Virus record (IMG/VR): IMGVR_UViG_3300025705_000581 | From: a virus | DNA: 64,000 nucleotides | Direction: 5' to 3' (one strand) | Part shown: positions 63,509 through 64,000 of the stretch, piece after piece | How positions within the stretch are numbered: position 1 is the stretch's first letter | Layout: every line of letters begins with the position of its first letter | Notes under the pieces: model-generated | The model's input: only the letters and a program-made list of their open reading frames with translations | Told to the model about the DNA's origin: nothing | The model's database searches: none | Translations under genes and position numbers: made by a program

Positions 63509-63908
63509 TTACAAAAAACCAACAGTACAGATGCTAGGTCGATGGCAACCTTGGCATGATGGTCATACCGAACTATTTAAACGTGCTCAGTCAATCACAG
63601 GTCAAGTTGTTATTATGGTCCGTGACGTATTTAACTTTGACGGTGATGCAGGCGCAGGTCGTACCGCAACACAAGATGATAATCCTTTCGGTATTATTGA
63701 CGTTATTAATAATATTGAAGCAGGTCTTAGACCACACGGATTTCAAAACGGTTATGAGTATTTGATTTTAGAAGTACCTAACATTGTTGATATTAGTTAT
63801 GGCCGTGGTGTTGGATATACATTTACCGAACACGATTTGGGTAAAGATATCCATGACATATCAGCAACAAAAATTCGTAAGCAAATGCGTGAGGATGGAA
63901 AACTATGA
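63501..63908 (+). CDS. HIGH-fold nucleotidyltransferase (cytidyltransferase/NMNAT-like)
   Basis: LGRWQPWHDGH, ISATKIR. Confidence 0.8.
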   Translation: MFDYKKPTVQMLGRWQPWHDGHTELFKRAQSITGQVVIMVRDVFNFDGDAGAGRTATQDDNPFGIIDVINNIEAGLRPHGFQNGYEYLILEVPNIVDISYGRGVGYTFTEHDLGKDIHDISATKIRKQMREDGKL

Positions 63909-64000
63909 TTGGCGCACCAGTATTTGAAAAAGGATATCCAGACTATGACGCGGTTAACCGTGATAGAATGGGTGATATGAAATTTACAACAGCAGGAGAT
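63905..64000 (+). CDS. Partial ORF running off the window end
   Basis: MIGAPVFEKGYPDYDAVNRDRMGDMKFTTAGD..., ATGA overlap. Confidence 0.55.
   Translation, partial: MIGAPVFEKGYPDYDAVNRDRMGDMKFTTAGD

Overview
This is 64 kb of a T4-like (myovirus) phage genome, AT-rich (roughly 35% GC by eye), with every supportable gene on the + strand. T4 core genes are recognisable (gp33, gp59, gp32, uvsX, gp41, gp61, RNase H, DNA ligase, PAAR/gp5.4, a gp67-like protein), along with nucleotide metabolism (thyX, nrdB/nrdA, glutaredoxin, dNMP kinase, 5'-nucleotidase), phoH, a lysis cassette and a long repeat-rich tail fibre. The host is inferred to be a marine alphaproteobacterium (HemA-type ALA synthase, DUF1127, Rhodobacter-style porin end, GANTC-containing promoters). 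The most striking unexplained structure is a late-expressed block (about 7.9-20 kb) of at least nine ORFs starting with a T4 internal-protein-like capsid-targeting tag (M-K/R/Y-x-F-K/S-x-x-I/L-x-E). Their inferred cargo includes a RelA/SpoT-type alarmone hydrolase, an ADP-ribosyltransferase, a ligase-fold nucleotidyltransferase, a PD-(D/E)xK-like nuclease and amphipathic cationic peptides; a related nucleotidyltransferase polyprotein lies in the same block. Together this suggests a packaged, injected enzyme toolkit. Other highlights: a repeated early promoter with conserved GANTC sites and CtrA-like boxes; a tetrapyrrole/bilin module (hemA, hemO, PcyX-like reductase with an unusual residue, YbaN, two porins); a class Id-like RNR with the ATP-cone on the beta subunit; glycan islands with sulfotransferases and a carbamoyltransferase, plus a candidate PAPS-supplying pair; and a DUF1127 microprotein cluster. 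All family calls come from motif recognition by eye, not database searches.
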